A stretch of DNA of 64,000 bases, from contig JBFWMA010000002.1 in the NCBI GenBank assembly GCA_050251875.1, positions 406,606-470,605 on the forward strand. Reading direction: 5' to 3'. The notes beneath the pieces were generated by a model. That model did not search any database, was not told the origin of the DNA, and saw only the letters and a list, made by a program, of their open reading frames with translations. Positions 17,777-27,172 of this stretch are shown piece by piece (the stretch's first letter is position 1; every line of letters starts with the position of its first letter). The position numbers were made by a program, and so were the translations under genes. Source of the DNA: Deferribacterales bacterium. Its GTDB lineage: Bacteria; Chrysiogenota; Deferribacteres; Deferribacterales; Geovibrionaceae.

Positions 17777-18541
17777 TTATCTATTAAAGACTATCAGCTC
17801 AAAGCGACCGTTGATTTTGAAAGAGATATTGCCGTCAGCGCTCTCGAATTTTCTGACAGCCTCAGCTATCTCAGAGTTATCCGCGTCCACGCCGTAAGCC
17901 TCCAGCTCGTCCAGACAATAGTCCACGGCGCCCTCCCGGCTCAGCGTTTTTATGCGCTCCTCGTCAAAAACTTTTGAGAAATATTCAATCCCCTTGCCGT
18001 CCAGCCACTGCTTCATGTTTCTGGAGTTGTCAAAGATCTTTGCCGTTGCCTTGTGCCTGCTGACGATATCGGCGAGCAGCTCAACATCCCTCCTGCCGCC
18101 CCATCCGAGATAAATCACGGACTCTCCGGCGCAGGAAAACACCCGTTCATAATCTTCAAATGTTCTGACGGCGGGTGTCATTGTCGCCATAACGATATCC
18201 CACTTTCTGCCGTCAGCCACATATTCGTCCCACGGACACTCGACTATATCTATATTGCCGCAGCCCTCTTTCCGGGCATCATCAGCCAGAATCTTCAGCA
18301 TCTCTCCGGAAATATCCAGAGCTGTGACGGATGAAGCCTCTTTCGCCGCGCGGATAGTATATTTTCCTGTGCCGCAGCCGATATCCAGCACGCTTCGCCC
18401 TGTGAAATCTATCCCCGCCTCTTTCATGGTTCTGAATATTTCCGCCTCAAGAACGTCCTCACGCCCGTCATATCTGCCGTATGTGGCGGATTTTCTCTTC
18501 CAGCGCTGTATCATAAAAGAATGTTTTTCGTTTTTCATCAT
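17777..18541 (-). CDS. Class I SAM-dependent methyltransferase
   Basis: VLDIGCGTG, ALDISGEML. Confidence 0.85.
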   Translation of the reverse strand: MMKNEKHSFMIQRWKRKSATYGRYDGREDVLEAEIFRTMKEAGIDFTGRSVLDIGCGTGKYTIRAAKEASSVTALDISGEMLKILADDARKEGCGNIDIVECPWDEYVADGRKWDIVMATMTPAVRTFEDYERVFSCAGESVIYLGWGGRRDVELLADIVSRHKATAKIFDNSRNMKQWLDGKGIEYFSKVFDEERIKTLSREGAVDYCLDELEAYGVDADNSEIAEAVRKFESADGNISFKINGRFELIVFNR

Positions 18542-18588
18542 TAACTCCGGACACAGTATAGCACATCAGCATGATATACCCAAAAGAG

Positions 18589-18903
18589 TTAATCGGCACC
18601 CGCTGTTTTTTCCAGCCGGACAGTGCATTTGCCGCATATTTTCAGAGAATAGACCACCTCCTGATCCGCTCTGTCTTTATTATCCGGATTAAGGTCATCC
18701 AGAGAAACATTCAGAATATCCGCTATCCGGCACAATGTAAAAAAATCCGGCAGACGGGCTCCGGTCAGATAATTGCTGAGTCTGGAAGGAGATACCCCGA
18801 GGGAAAAGGCGAACCGCACCTGATTCATGCCGGACATGCTGATATGTTCCCGGATGAGCTGTCCCAGTCTCACAGCGTTTCTCTCATATCTTTTCTCTGC
18901 CAT
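18589..18903 (-). CDS. XRE-family HTH transcriptional regulator
   Basis: MNQVRFAFSLGVSPSRLSNYLTGARLPD..TL..IA..L.VSLD.L; start at 18903 behind GGAG. Confidence 0.85.
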   Translation of the reverse strand: MAEKRYERNAVRLGQLIREHISMSGMNQVRFAFSLGVSPSRLSNYLTGARLPDFFTLCRIADILNVSLDDLNPDNKDRADQEVVYSLKICGKCTVRLEKTAGAD

Positions 18904-18921
18904 AGCTAACTCCATTTTATA

Positions 18922-18990
18922 TTTACTTAGTCATCATTACATGTATAATAAAACATAACACATATTATTGCATATGCTATATTATGTCAA
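18922..18990. promoter_or_regulatory. Head-to-head promoters between two HTH genes
   Basis: Plus: TTTACT-16-TATAAT (18922-18949); minus: TTGACA-17-TAATAT (18990-18962). Confidence 0.55.
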
Positions 18991-19013
18991 TATGTTTATT
19001 ACATACGGTACAT

Positions 19014-19652
19014 ATGAACACAATAGCTGAACGTATGAAAGAGCTGAGAAAACTGCTCGATCTTTCGCAGACTGATTTTGGAAAAAAGATAGGAAAAAAC
19101 TATCACTCGGTTATGAGGTGGGAGCTTGGAAAAGTTCTGCCGCCGGATAATGTCACAGACCACATCTGCGACACTTTTAATGTCAGCAAGCAATGGCTGG
19201 TGAACGGCACAGGCGATGTTTTCTCCGCCGGACAGGCTCAGGAGGCGCATGAACGCCCCCAGAACACATACGCCGCACAGTCATTCTCCAGAATACCGCT
19301 CTTCAGACATATCCCGAAATTGTTTCCGGACTATTCCCCTGCGGACGTGGCGATGTATATATCCGTACCCTGCTCCTGCGCCGATGTCTTCGCCATGAAG
19401 GCTCCGGCGTGCAGCGCCGCCCCCATCCTTCCGGACGACACGGTTCTTTTCACCCGCTTCACAGGCGAAACATGCCGTGACGGCGATATGTGCGTCATCC
19501 GGGATCAATACGGAGAGGTGTCCGTGCGCAGGTTTTCCGCAACCAATAACATAATGACTGTCAAAAAACCGGATTATCCCGACATTTTCGCTCCGGAATG
19601 TGCTATCATTGGTTTAGTGTGTGATATCTACAGGAAAATTTTTTTTAGCTAG
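19014..19652 (+). CDS. XRE HTH repressor with degenerate S24 (CI/LexA-like) domain
   Basis: HTH LSQTDFGKKIG...VMRWELG, WL..G.G motif, C-terminal FAM....S..P...D.VLF and IIGLV. Confidence 0.8.
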   Translation: MNTIAERMKELRKLLDLSQTDFGKKIGKNYHSVMRWELGKVLPPDNVTDHICDTFNVSKQWLVNGTGDVFSAGQAQEAHERPQNTYAAQSFSRIPLFRHIPKLFPDYSPADVAMYISVPCSCADVFAMKAPACSAAPILPDDTVLFTRFTGETCRDGDMCVIRDQYGEVSVRRFSATNNIMTVKKPDYPDIFAPECAIIGLVCDIYRKIFFS

Positions 19653-19709
19653 TAGATAAATATTTATTTTGATGCTATATTTTTTATAGTATTCACTGCG
19701 GAAATAGAC

Positions 19710-22700
19710 ATGAAAAAACTTTTTAATGGATTAAGATTCAGAATTCTGGCCGCTGTCATGATAGTCATGTTCTTTGCGGTGGCTATTTTAATTTTCAGCA
19801 CATATGTAAAACTGAAAGACGACATAATCAAAAAAAATGAGGAGTCGCTCAAACTTTTCAGCATAATATTCGAGTCTGAAAAAGACCTCCTGATAAAGAA
19901 ATATTCCATGTCGCTCGATGTCCTTCTGGAAAACCCGCAGGTGACCGAAGCCTTCGCCAGAAGAGACAGAAACGCCCTTGCCGATCTGGTTACCCCTATT
20001 TACAACACACGTCTTAAACACCTTTATAATATCGAGCAGTTCCAGTTTCATCTGCCGCCGGCAGTCAGCTTTTACAGGGCGCACATGCCGAACAACTACG
20101 GTGATAATCTGGAAACATTCAGAAAAACAGTCATAAGGGCTAACGAAACCAAATCCACCGTATCCGGAATAGAGGTGGGCAGAGGCGGTCTGGGACTTCG
20201 TGTGGTGAAACCCGTGTGGTACAATTTCGATTCCGTGGGAACTGTGGAGTTCGGCGGAAACATGGAAAGCATTCTGGAAACCACCCGGTCATGCACAGGC
20301 ATCAACTATGCCATCGGTGTTTTCAAATCAGTTCTGAAAAACGCCCGTTTTCTGGACGATCCTTCTAAATGGATGCAGTATAACGACATGTTCGTATATG
20401 GTTTTTCCGAGGATATTGTTCGCAAACTCACTATCAGCGCGGATATCGAAAGCAGAGATATAATCCATGACAACGACAGATACTATATAGCCCGAAAACT
20501 GCCCCTTTACGATTTTTCATCCGAACAGATCGGATATCTGGTGGTGGTGAGAGACACCACAAAAGACGTTGTGGGCATGCGCACGGAGCTTCTGAGACAG
20601 AGCTCCATAATAGCCGCATACGGTTTTTTCGCCGTGATAATCATGTCTTCGTTCCTTATCCGTCTGATATTCAGACCTCTGGAGATGATAACCAACCATC
20701 TCTCTGAAAATGAGATCACCCTGGACAAAGAACCCGCCGAGCTGGTTGTCAGCGACAACGCCGAGCTGTCTGTGCTCACCGGGGCTTATAACTCGCTTAA
20801 TAAGAAGCTGTATCATAACCTTAAACAGATAGACGAGCAGATGAAGGAGATTCAGAACATTAACTCCACTCTGGAAGAGAATGTTAAGAAAAGAACGCAG
20901 GAGCTGGAAACCACCAACGAAAAACTGGAAAAAGCTCTGGAAAACTATAAAAACATCAACGAGGCGAAGAGCGAGTTTCTGGCGGATATGAGCCACGAAA
21001 TCAGAACACCCATGAACGCCATCATAGGGCTGAGCTATCTCGCCATGCAGACCCAGCTGAACACCAAGCAGTACGGATATCTGAACAAGATACACACATC
21101 CGCCAACATGATGCTGGAGATCATAAACGATATTCTGGATTTCTCTAAAATAGAGGCGGGAAGACTGGAGCTGGAGAATGTTAACTTCAGCCTGTATGAC
21201 CTTCTGAAAAAGATTGAGGATATTCTGGAGGTTCAGGCGGAGAAAAAGAGAATCACATTCAATGTGGAGATAGCCGAAAACACGCCCAAGTTTGTTAAGG
21301 GCGATCCCCTGCGTCTGTCGCAGGTTCTGAACAATCTGGGGGCTAACGCCGTAAAATATACCGAATCAGGCGGCGTCACTGTCTCTGTGGAGGCTGTGGA
21401 GTCCAACATGGCATACACCACCCTCAAATTCACCGTAAAAGATACAGGAATAGGTATTCCAAAAGAAAAACTGAACCTGCTCTTCACTTCATATGGTCAG
21501 ATATCGTCTAAAATGGCTCGAAAATACGGCGGTTCCGGTCTGGGGCTGAATATCACCAAGAAAATTCTGGACAAAATGGGCGGAACTATCTTTGTGGAGA
21601 GTGTCCCGGATAAAGGAAGCACATTCTGGTTCACCATAAAACTCAAAAATGTGGATATTACAAAAGTTGAGGATTTCTCTGAGAAAACAAAACTGCTCAA
21701 CGGCAAACGTGTTCTGGTCGGCGAAAAATATTCCAACGAGCCGGGCAGTATCTCATCCATATTCCGTGAGTTCATGGCGAATGTAACGTCCGCCGATAAT
21801 CAGGTTTCCATGCTGAAAACGCTCAGCTCAAACATAGAAAAAGACCATGTGGATTTCGACCTGATCGTTGTGGAACATGTGATGAACGATGTCTGCATGC
21901 TGTCCGCTGTGGAGTCTCTGCGCCAGATAGCCGGAGAGATAAAGCTGCCCCCCGTTATATTCATATCAAACGAAGATACGCCGCCTATAGAAGGCATAAA
22001 TCTGATAAAGCTGATGAAACCGGCAGACCCCAGCACTCTGTTCAACGCCACCATAAACCTGATAACAGGCAGAGAATATGACGGTGAAACCAATATATCC
22101 GTCAGCGCCGACACATCTAACGCCAGCATCCTGATCGTGGACGACAACAGCCTGAACAGAGAGGTCGCCGCTGATTTCATGGATATCCTCGGGCTGACCG
22201 CCGACTATGCTGAAAACGGTCTGGAAGCCGTGCGCATGGCAGAGAAGAACGTATATGACGTGATCTTCATGGATATCATGATGCCGCATCTGGACGGATA
22301 CGCCGCGTCTAAAATGATAAGACAGAGCGGGCTGAACACCGACACGCCGATATATGCCATGACAGCCAGCGTTATAGACGAAGACAACATGAAGCTGAAA
22401 AGCTCCATGATATCCGGCTCCATCAGCAAACCGTTCAAGCTGAATGAGATAACCAAAGCCATCACCGATTCTATGATGATAAAGAATATGGGCGCTGAAG
22501 CCCCTCTTCTGCACGATGTCTCCGGACATGTGGATTTTCAGACGGGAATATCAAACTTCGGCGGAAACATGCTGTTATACAAAAAAGCCGTAAATGATTT
22601 CACTCATTTCTGCGGAGACACTGAAAATCTGATGGCAAACATGATACAGTCCGACCCGGAGAACATCAGGTCTTTCCTTCTTCAGATGCAGAGCTTCTCT

Positions 22701-22853
22701 GAAAATCTGGCTCTTCATCCGCTGGCGGACATTGCCGGAATCATCTACCGAAAGCTGTCCACAGGCTCTCCCGCAGATATCAGCAAAGAATATGTGACGC
22801 TGAAAGAGACACTGCAAAAGACTGTTGGTATTTTGAACAAAAACATTGTGTAG
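19710..22853 (+). CDS. Hybrid sensor histidine kinase (TM-Cache-TM-HisKA-HATPase-pseudoREC-REC-Hpt-like)
   Basis: FLADMSHEIRTPMN, NL..NAVKYT, DTGIG, GGSGLGL, FMDIMMP.LDG. Confidence 0.93.
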   Translation: MKKLFNGLRFRILAAVMIVMFFAVAILIFSTYVKLKDDIIKKNEESLKLFSIIFESEKDLLIKKYSMSLDVLLENPQVTEAFARRDRNALADLVTPIYNTRLKHLYNIEQFQFHLPPAVSFYRAHMPNNYGDNLETFRKTVIRANETKSTVSGIEVGRGGLGLRVVKPVWYNFDSVGTVEFGGNMESILETTRSCTGINYAIGVFKSVLKNARFLDDPSKWMQYNDMFVYGFSEDIVRKLTISADIESRDIIHDNDRYYIARKLPLYDFSSEQIGYLVVVRDTTKDVVGMRTELLRQSSIIAAYGFFAVIIMSSFLIRLIFRPLEMITNHLSENEITLDKEPAELVVSDNAELSVLTGAYNSLNKKLYHNLKQIDEQMKEIQNINSTLEENVKKRTQELETTNEKLEKALENYKNINEAKSEFLADMSHEIRTPMNAIIGLSYLAMQTQLNTKQYGYLNKIHTSANMMLEIINDILDFSKIEAGRLELENVNFSLYDLLKKIEDILEVQAEKKRITFNVEIAENTPKFVKGDPLRLSQVLNNLGANAVKYTESGGVTVSVEAVESNMAYTTLKFTVKDTGIGIPKEKLNLLFTSYGQISSKMARKYGGSGLGLNITKKILDKMGGTIFVESVPDKGSTFWFTIKLKNVDITKVEDFSEKTKLLNGKRVLVGEKYSNEPGSISSIFREFMANVTSADNQVSMLKTLSSNIEKDHVDFDLIVVEHVMNDVCMLSAVESLRQIAGEIKLPPVIFISNEDTPPIEGINLIKLMKPADPSTLFNATINLITGREYDGETNISVSADTSNASILIVDDNSLNREVAADFMDILGLTADYAENGLEAVRMAEKNVYDVIFMDIMMPHLDGYAASKMIRQSGLNTDTPIYAMTASVIDEDNMKLKSSMISGSISKPFKLNEITKAITDSMMIKNMGAEAPLLHDVSGHVDFQTGISNFGGNMLLYKKAVNDFTHFCGDTENLMANMIQSDPENIRSFLLQMQSFSENLALHPLADIAGIIYRKLSTGSPADISKEYVTLKETLQKTVGILNKNIV

Positions 22854-22866
22854 ATATTATGTTCTC

Positions 22867-22882
22867 TGGCATTTGATTTGCT
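22867..22882 (+). promoter_or_regulatory. Sigma54 (-24/-12) promoter candidate
   Basis: TGGCATTTGATTTGCT: GG-N10-GC with TTGC, ~35 bp before ATG 22917. Confidence 0.65.
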
Positions 22883-22916
22883 TCTTCTTATGAAAGACCT
22901 TCATGAGGAGGAAAAA

Positions 22917-23141
22917 ATGATCACTAAAAATTTCTTTTCGGAATCAGAGGAAGAGAGAGTAAAACAGCTCGCCGGCATAGCCAATCTGCACATATCCATT
23001 GCCAGGGAACTGATGGCCAGCGAACGCCCGCTGTCCAGAGAGGAGATGCAGAGCCTTCTGGAGCTGCTGATCACAGCCAACGAAGCGAAACAGCTTGCGT
23101 ATAATCTGAAAAATATTCATGACATCAAAGATATCGCATAA
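22917..23141 (+). CDS. Small helical hypothetical protein (74 aa)
   Basis: SD GAGGAG before ATG 22917; followed by a terminator. Confidence 0.7.
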   Translation: MITKNFFSESEEERVKQLAGIANLHISIARELMASERPLSREEMQSLLELLITANEAKQLAYNLKNIHDIKDIA

Positions 23142-23148
23142 ACCATAG

Positions 23149-23191
23149 ACCCCGGTGAACAGAAGTCATTAAACGCCGGGGTTTGTTTTTT
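23149..23191 (+). terminator. Intrinsic terminator
   Basis: ACCCCGGTG/CGCCGGGGT stem with long loop and T-tract. Confidence 0.6.
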
Positions 23192-23285
23192 CGCTGATTA
23201 CGCCCGAAAAGCAATCTATCAGCTTGCTCTTTTTTAACATATGCTGTATAGATACCCAATTAAATTATTTTTTTGCGGGTATATT

Positions 23286-24518
23286 GTGAGCCAAGATAAC
23301 CTGATCCAGAGGATAATCAAAGAGAGCAACGTGATAACGGTCTTTCAGCCGGTAATCAGTCTGAAAGAGATGCGTATCGTTGGCTTCGAGGCTCTTTCAC
23401 GGGGCATATGCTCAGACACGGGAAATATTATCCCTCCCATCGAGCTGTTCGAGATGGCACGGGAAGAGAACTGTGAGCTGGAGCTGGACAGACTCTGTAG
23501 AAAGACTGCCATGAGATCCTACAAAACCATTCCTGATTATGACAAATATCTTCTCTTTCTGAATCTGGACACCAGCGTTCTGGACAACGTGGATCTGGAG
23601 TCATCACGCTTTACAAAAGAGCTGACGGACGAGATGGGGCTGAAATATTCCTCCATTTCTCTCGAAATTGTCGAATCAAAGATAGAAAACAATCAAAACC
23701 TCATCCACTTCATAGATAACTACAAAAAACTGGGATATTATGTGTCTCTGGACGATTTCGGCGCCATGCACTCCAACATGGACAGAATCATCATGTCCAA
23801 GCCGGATATAATCAAAATAGATATGGATCTGGTCCGCAACATCCACAACAACTACTATCAGCAGTCCATCATAACCTCCATCATCGACATCGCCCAGAAG
23901 ACAGGGGCGCTCACTCTGGCGGAGGGGCTGGAAAACATGGACGATATAATGAAAAGCTATGAGCTGGGGATCGACCTTTATCAGGGATTTTTCCTGCACA
24001 GACCCTGCGTGGATATAGCCGGCAGCCTCACCTTCATTCAGGATAAGATCAACTACACAGTGCAGTATGTGAAAAGCAAACTGAAAGAGAATGTCACCAG
24101 AAAGAAAAACACCTATACCAATTTTGAGAATCTCACTTCCCTGCTGGTAAGGGAGTCTCTTAACAGAGATGTGGAATATTTCTATAAAGCTCTGTCGCAG
24201 AACATCTCTTTCTATCCGGAGATAGAGCGTATCTTCCTGCTGGGCAATGACGGGATGCAGATTCTGCCGTCCATTCTGAACCCGTCTCACAAGACCATAA
24301 AGGTGAAATCTTTCAGCATGTTTCACGAAAGTCATTCAGATCATTCGTTAAAAGATTATTTTTATTACTTGAAGAAACTCAATACAAACCGTTATTTCAC
24401 AGACACTTTCATATCATCCACCACAGGGAATATTTTAAGAACTATGTCATGTGTGGTTGACATTCAGAATACACCATATATACTATGTATCGATTTTATT
24501 GATAAATTAGAGCGCTAA
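23286..24518 (+). CDS. EAL-domain c-di-GMP phosphodiesterase with C-terminal PDC/Cache-like domain
   Basis: FQP, EALSR, LDDFG, KID, AEG, QGF; start uncertain (GTG 23286 or ATG 23241). Confidence 0.88.
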   Translation: MSQDNLIQRIIKESNVITVFQPVISLKEMRIVGFEALSRGICSDTGNIIPPIELFEMAREENCELELDRLCRKTAMRSYKTIPDYDKYLLFLNLDTSVLDNVDLESSRFTKELTDEMGLKYSSISLEIVESKIENNQNLIHFIDNYKKLGYYVSLDDFGAMHSNMDRIIMSKPDIIKIDMDLVRNIHNNYYQQSIITSIIDIAQKTGALTLAEGLENMDDIMKSYELGIDLYQGFFLHRPCVDIAGSLTFIQDKINYTVQYVKSKLKENVTRKKNTYTNFENLTSLLVRESLNRDVEYFYKALSQNISFYPEIERIFLLGNDGMQILPSILNPSHKTIKVKSFSMFHESHSDHSLKDYFYYLKKLNTNRYFTDTFISSTTGNILRTMSCVVDIQNTPYILCIDFIDKLER

Positions 24519-24530
24519 ACACATTATTTT

Positions 24531-25784
24531 TTGGAGTTATTTTTGAATACAGCCCGGTTTGACATTATTGAGATCATCCAGAAAGAACTTATCAGAATCG
24601 AGTTCCAGCCTATCCTCAGTTTAAAACTTAAAAAAGCAGTCGGTGTAGAGGCTCTTTGCAGGGGCATCAACCCGAAAGACAGAACCGTTATCTCTCCCCT
24701 CACCCTTTTCGAAGAGGCGGCGAAATTCGGCGTGGTTATCGATCTGGACAGGCTTTGCAGAAAAACAGCCATGAAAGAATTCGCGAAACTGCAAAACCAC
24801 GAATCTCTTGTGCTCTTTCTTAACTTCGACGCTTCCGTTCTGGACAGCATAAAAGAGGATGAAAAATCATGCACAGTAATGTATGCGGACGAAGCGGGGC
24901 TCAATTATCACAATATAGCCGTTGAAATCCTCGAATCAAAAATAGAGAACAACAAAAAACTGGAAATAATCACGGAAAGATATTCCTCTCTGGGAATGTT
25001 CGTTGTGCTGGACGACTTCGGCGCCCTCCACTCCAACCTGAACAGACTGGTAATATCTAAACCCGATATCATCAAAATAGACAGAAGCCTGATCCACAAC
25101 GTCAGCCAGAGCTATTATCAGCAGTCCATCATCAAGTCCATCATCGATCTGGGCAAGAAGATAGGCTCGCTCACGCTGGCGGAGGGAGTTGAGACCAAAG
25201 AGGATGTTCTGAAGTGCCACGAGCTTGGCGCTGACCTGTTTCAGGGCTTTTTCTTCTCCAGACCCCAGAACATAGAATGTCTGTCCACCATCTGCTGTAA
25301 AACTCTCATGGAAGAGATCACATACGAAATCAAAGATTACATGGCTGTCAACCTTGAACAGAAAAGGTTCCAATACAATAACTTCGAAAATATCCTGAAT
25401 AAAATCATGGACGAGATCGCCGCTTCTCCCGTGGAATACTACAACGGGATAATGGAGAAATCCGTCATTACTTACAAAGATATAGAATGTCTTTACATTC
25501 TGGATGAGTTCGGAGTGCAGGTTGGCGACACCATCTGCGGGTTCGACATCCCGGAGAACGAGCACAGCCTCTTTCACCCGTCCAGATCCGGCGCAGACCA
25601 CTCTCTGAAAGAATATTTTTACTTCATAAACAGCTTACAGTTAACATCATATTACACAGATCCGTACATCTCTCTGGCAACGGGGATGCTTTGCAGAACT
25701 ATGGCGAAAAAGTTTGAAAACGGGCAGAACGCCTACATTCTCTGTATCGACTTTATCGACAGCAGAGCCTGCAACCTCCTCTAA
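24531..25784 (+). CDS. EAL-domain phosphodiesterase, paralog of the upstream gene
   Basis: EALCR, LDDFG, KID, AEGVE, QGF; same C-terminal HSLKEYF..TDPYIS..TG motif; start uncertain. Confidence 0.88.
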   Translation: MELFLNTARFDIIEIIQKELIRIEFQPILSLKLKKAVGVEALCRGINPKDRTVISPLTLFEEAAKFGVVIDLDRLCRKTAMKEFAKLQNHESLVLFLNFDASVLDSIKEDEKSCTVMYADEAGLNYHNIAVEILESKIENNKKLEIITERYSSLGMFVVLDDFGALHSNLNRLVISKPDIIKIDRSLIHNVSQSYYQQSIIKSIIDLGKKIGSLTLAEGVETKEDVLKCHELGADLFQGFFFSRPQNIECLSTICCKTLMEEITYEIKDYMAVNLEQKRFQYNNFENILNKIMDEIAASPVEYYNGIMEKSVITYKDIECLYILDEFGVQVGDTICGFDIPENEHSLFHPSRSGADHSLKEYFYFINSLQLTSYYTDPYISLATGMLCRTMAKKFENGQNAYILCIDFIDSRACNLL

Positions 25785-27172
25785 AGAACCGGACTGAGCG
25801 TCCTGCACACACCCTCGAAAACTCTGATAAAGAACTGTCTGTTCTTCACATATTCATAGGGTATTTTTTCTGAAGCCTCGATATATCTCTCTACCATCTC
25901 AGAAACGTCAGAGGCGAATTTATCCGAATATATCATAAGGTTAAGCTCAAAATTCAGCTTAAAGCTCCTGGCGTCCATGTTGGACGAGCCAATGGTGACC
26001 CATCTGCCGTCCAGCAGAATCATCTTTGCGTGGAGCATGGTTCCTTTCGTTTCATAAATCTCTACACCGGAAGCGATAAGCTCTTCGTAATATGACCTTC
26101 CGGCGGCGGCGGCAAAGGGATGGTTATTCTTGCCCGGAACGATTATCCGCACCCTAAGCCCCTGCATGGCGGTGTTTTTCAGAGTCTCCATGATGGGCTG
26201 GTTAGGCACCAGATAAGGAGTGATGATGTCTATGCTCTTCTCTGCCCTGTTTATGGCGGCAAAGATGGAGTCATAAATCATAGGCGTGGTCTGATGCGGT
26301 CCGGATGGAATCACATGCACCGTCTGGTCTCCGGACGACTGCTCAGCACCTTCCGCCAGCATTTCGGAGATGTCTCCGCCTCTGGCGAACATCCAGTCTT
26401 CGGCGAAATAACAGGCGACAGCGTTCACGGCGTCACCCTCCAGCCTCAGGTGGGCGTCCGACCATTTAGATGTCTCGGCGTATTCATCACCTATATTCAT
26501 TCCGCCTGTATAAGCGCATTTGCCGTCTATAACGGCTATCTTTCTGTGATTGCGGAAATTAACACGGGAAGCAGTTCTGATGCCGAACGGAGAGTGAAAC
26601 ACAGCCGTCTGCGCTCCAGCCCTTCTCAGCCTTTTCATCAGCCCGCTGAACATCAGCCCCATAGAGCCCCATCCGTCCACCATGAAAAATACGCTGACGC
26701 CCTCTTCCGCCTTCTTAACCAGCAGATCGGCTATCCTTCTGCCGGTTTTATCGTTTCTATACAGGTAATATTCCATCAGAATATATTTCTGAGCGTTTTT
26801 AATGTCTCTTTCCAGCAAAGAATATTTTTCAGAAGCATCGGTTATCAGCCGGAGATTTCTGCAAAGCACAGGCTGCATACCGGTCACCTGCGTGATTATA
26901 GCGCCCATCTTTCCGCCGTTATATTCAGCGTTCCCCGCCTGTTTATAATCGAGAAAAGGATAGCGCTTCATCCTTTTTTCCACTATGTTGCGCAGTCTGG
27001 GGTTGCCGAATATCAGATATGCCAGAGTGCCTATAACGGGAAAGAATATCACCGCCATCACCCACGAGAAATTCGCCCTCGCCTCTCTCCTGCCCGACAG
27101 GATTATCAGCACCAGTATTAGCGAGAAAACCTCTACAACATAGGTCAGGATAAGGTTTATGCTGTCTGTCAT
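25781..27172 (-). CDS. cls: Cardiolipin synthase
   Basis: Two HKD motifs (NHRKIAVID, LHAKMILLD), two N-terminal TM helices. Confidence 0.94.
   Translation of the reverse strand: MTDSINLILTYVVEVFSLILVLIILSGRREARANFSWVMAVIFFPVIGTLAYLIFGNPRLRNIVEKRMKRYPFLDYKQAGNAEYNGGKMGAIITQVTGMQPVLCRNLRLITDASEKYSLLERDIKNAQKYILMEYYLYRNDKTGRRIADLLVKKAEEGVSVFFMVDGWGSMGLMFSGLMKRLRRAGAQTAVFHSPFGIRTASRVNFRNHRKIAVIDGKCAYTGGMNIGDEYAETSKWSDAHLRLEGDAVNAVACYFAEDWMFARGGDISEMLAEGAEQSSGDQTVHVIPSGPHQTTPMIYDSIFAAINRAEKSIDIITPYLVPNQPIMETLKNTAMQGLRVRIIVPGKNNHPFAAAAGRSYYEELIASGVEIYETKGTMLHAKMILLDGRWVTIGSSNMDARSFKLNFELNLMIYSDKFASDVSEMVERYIEASEKIPYEYVKNRQFFIRVFEGVCRTLSPVL

Noticed and set aside
18589..19652. Prophage
   Set aside because: No integrase, replication or structural phage genes flank the regulators
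23145..23285. c-di-GMP riboswitch upstream of the EAL genes
   Set aside because: No recognisable class I/II motif; the hairpin fits a terminator
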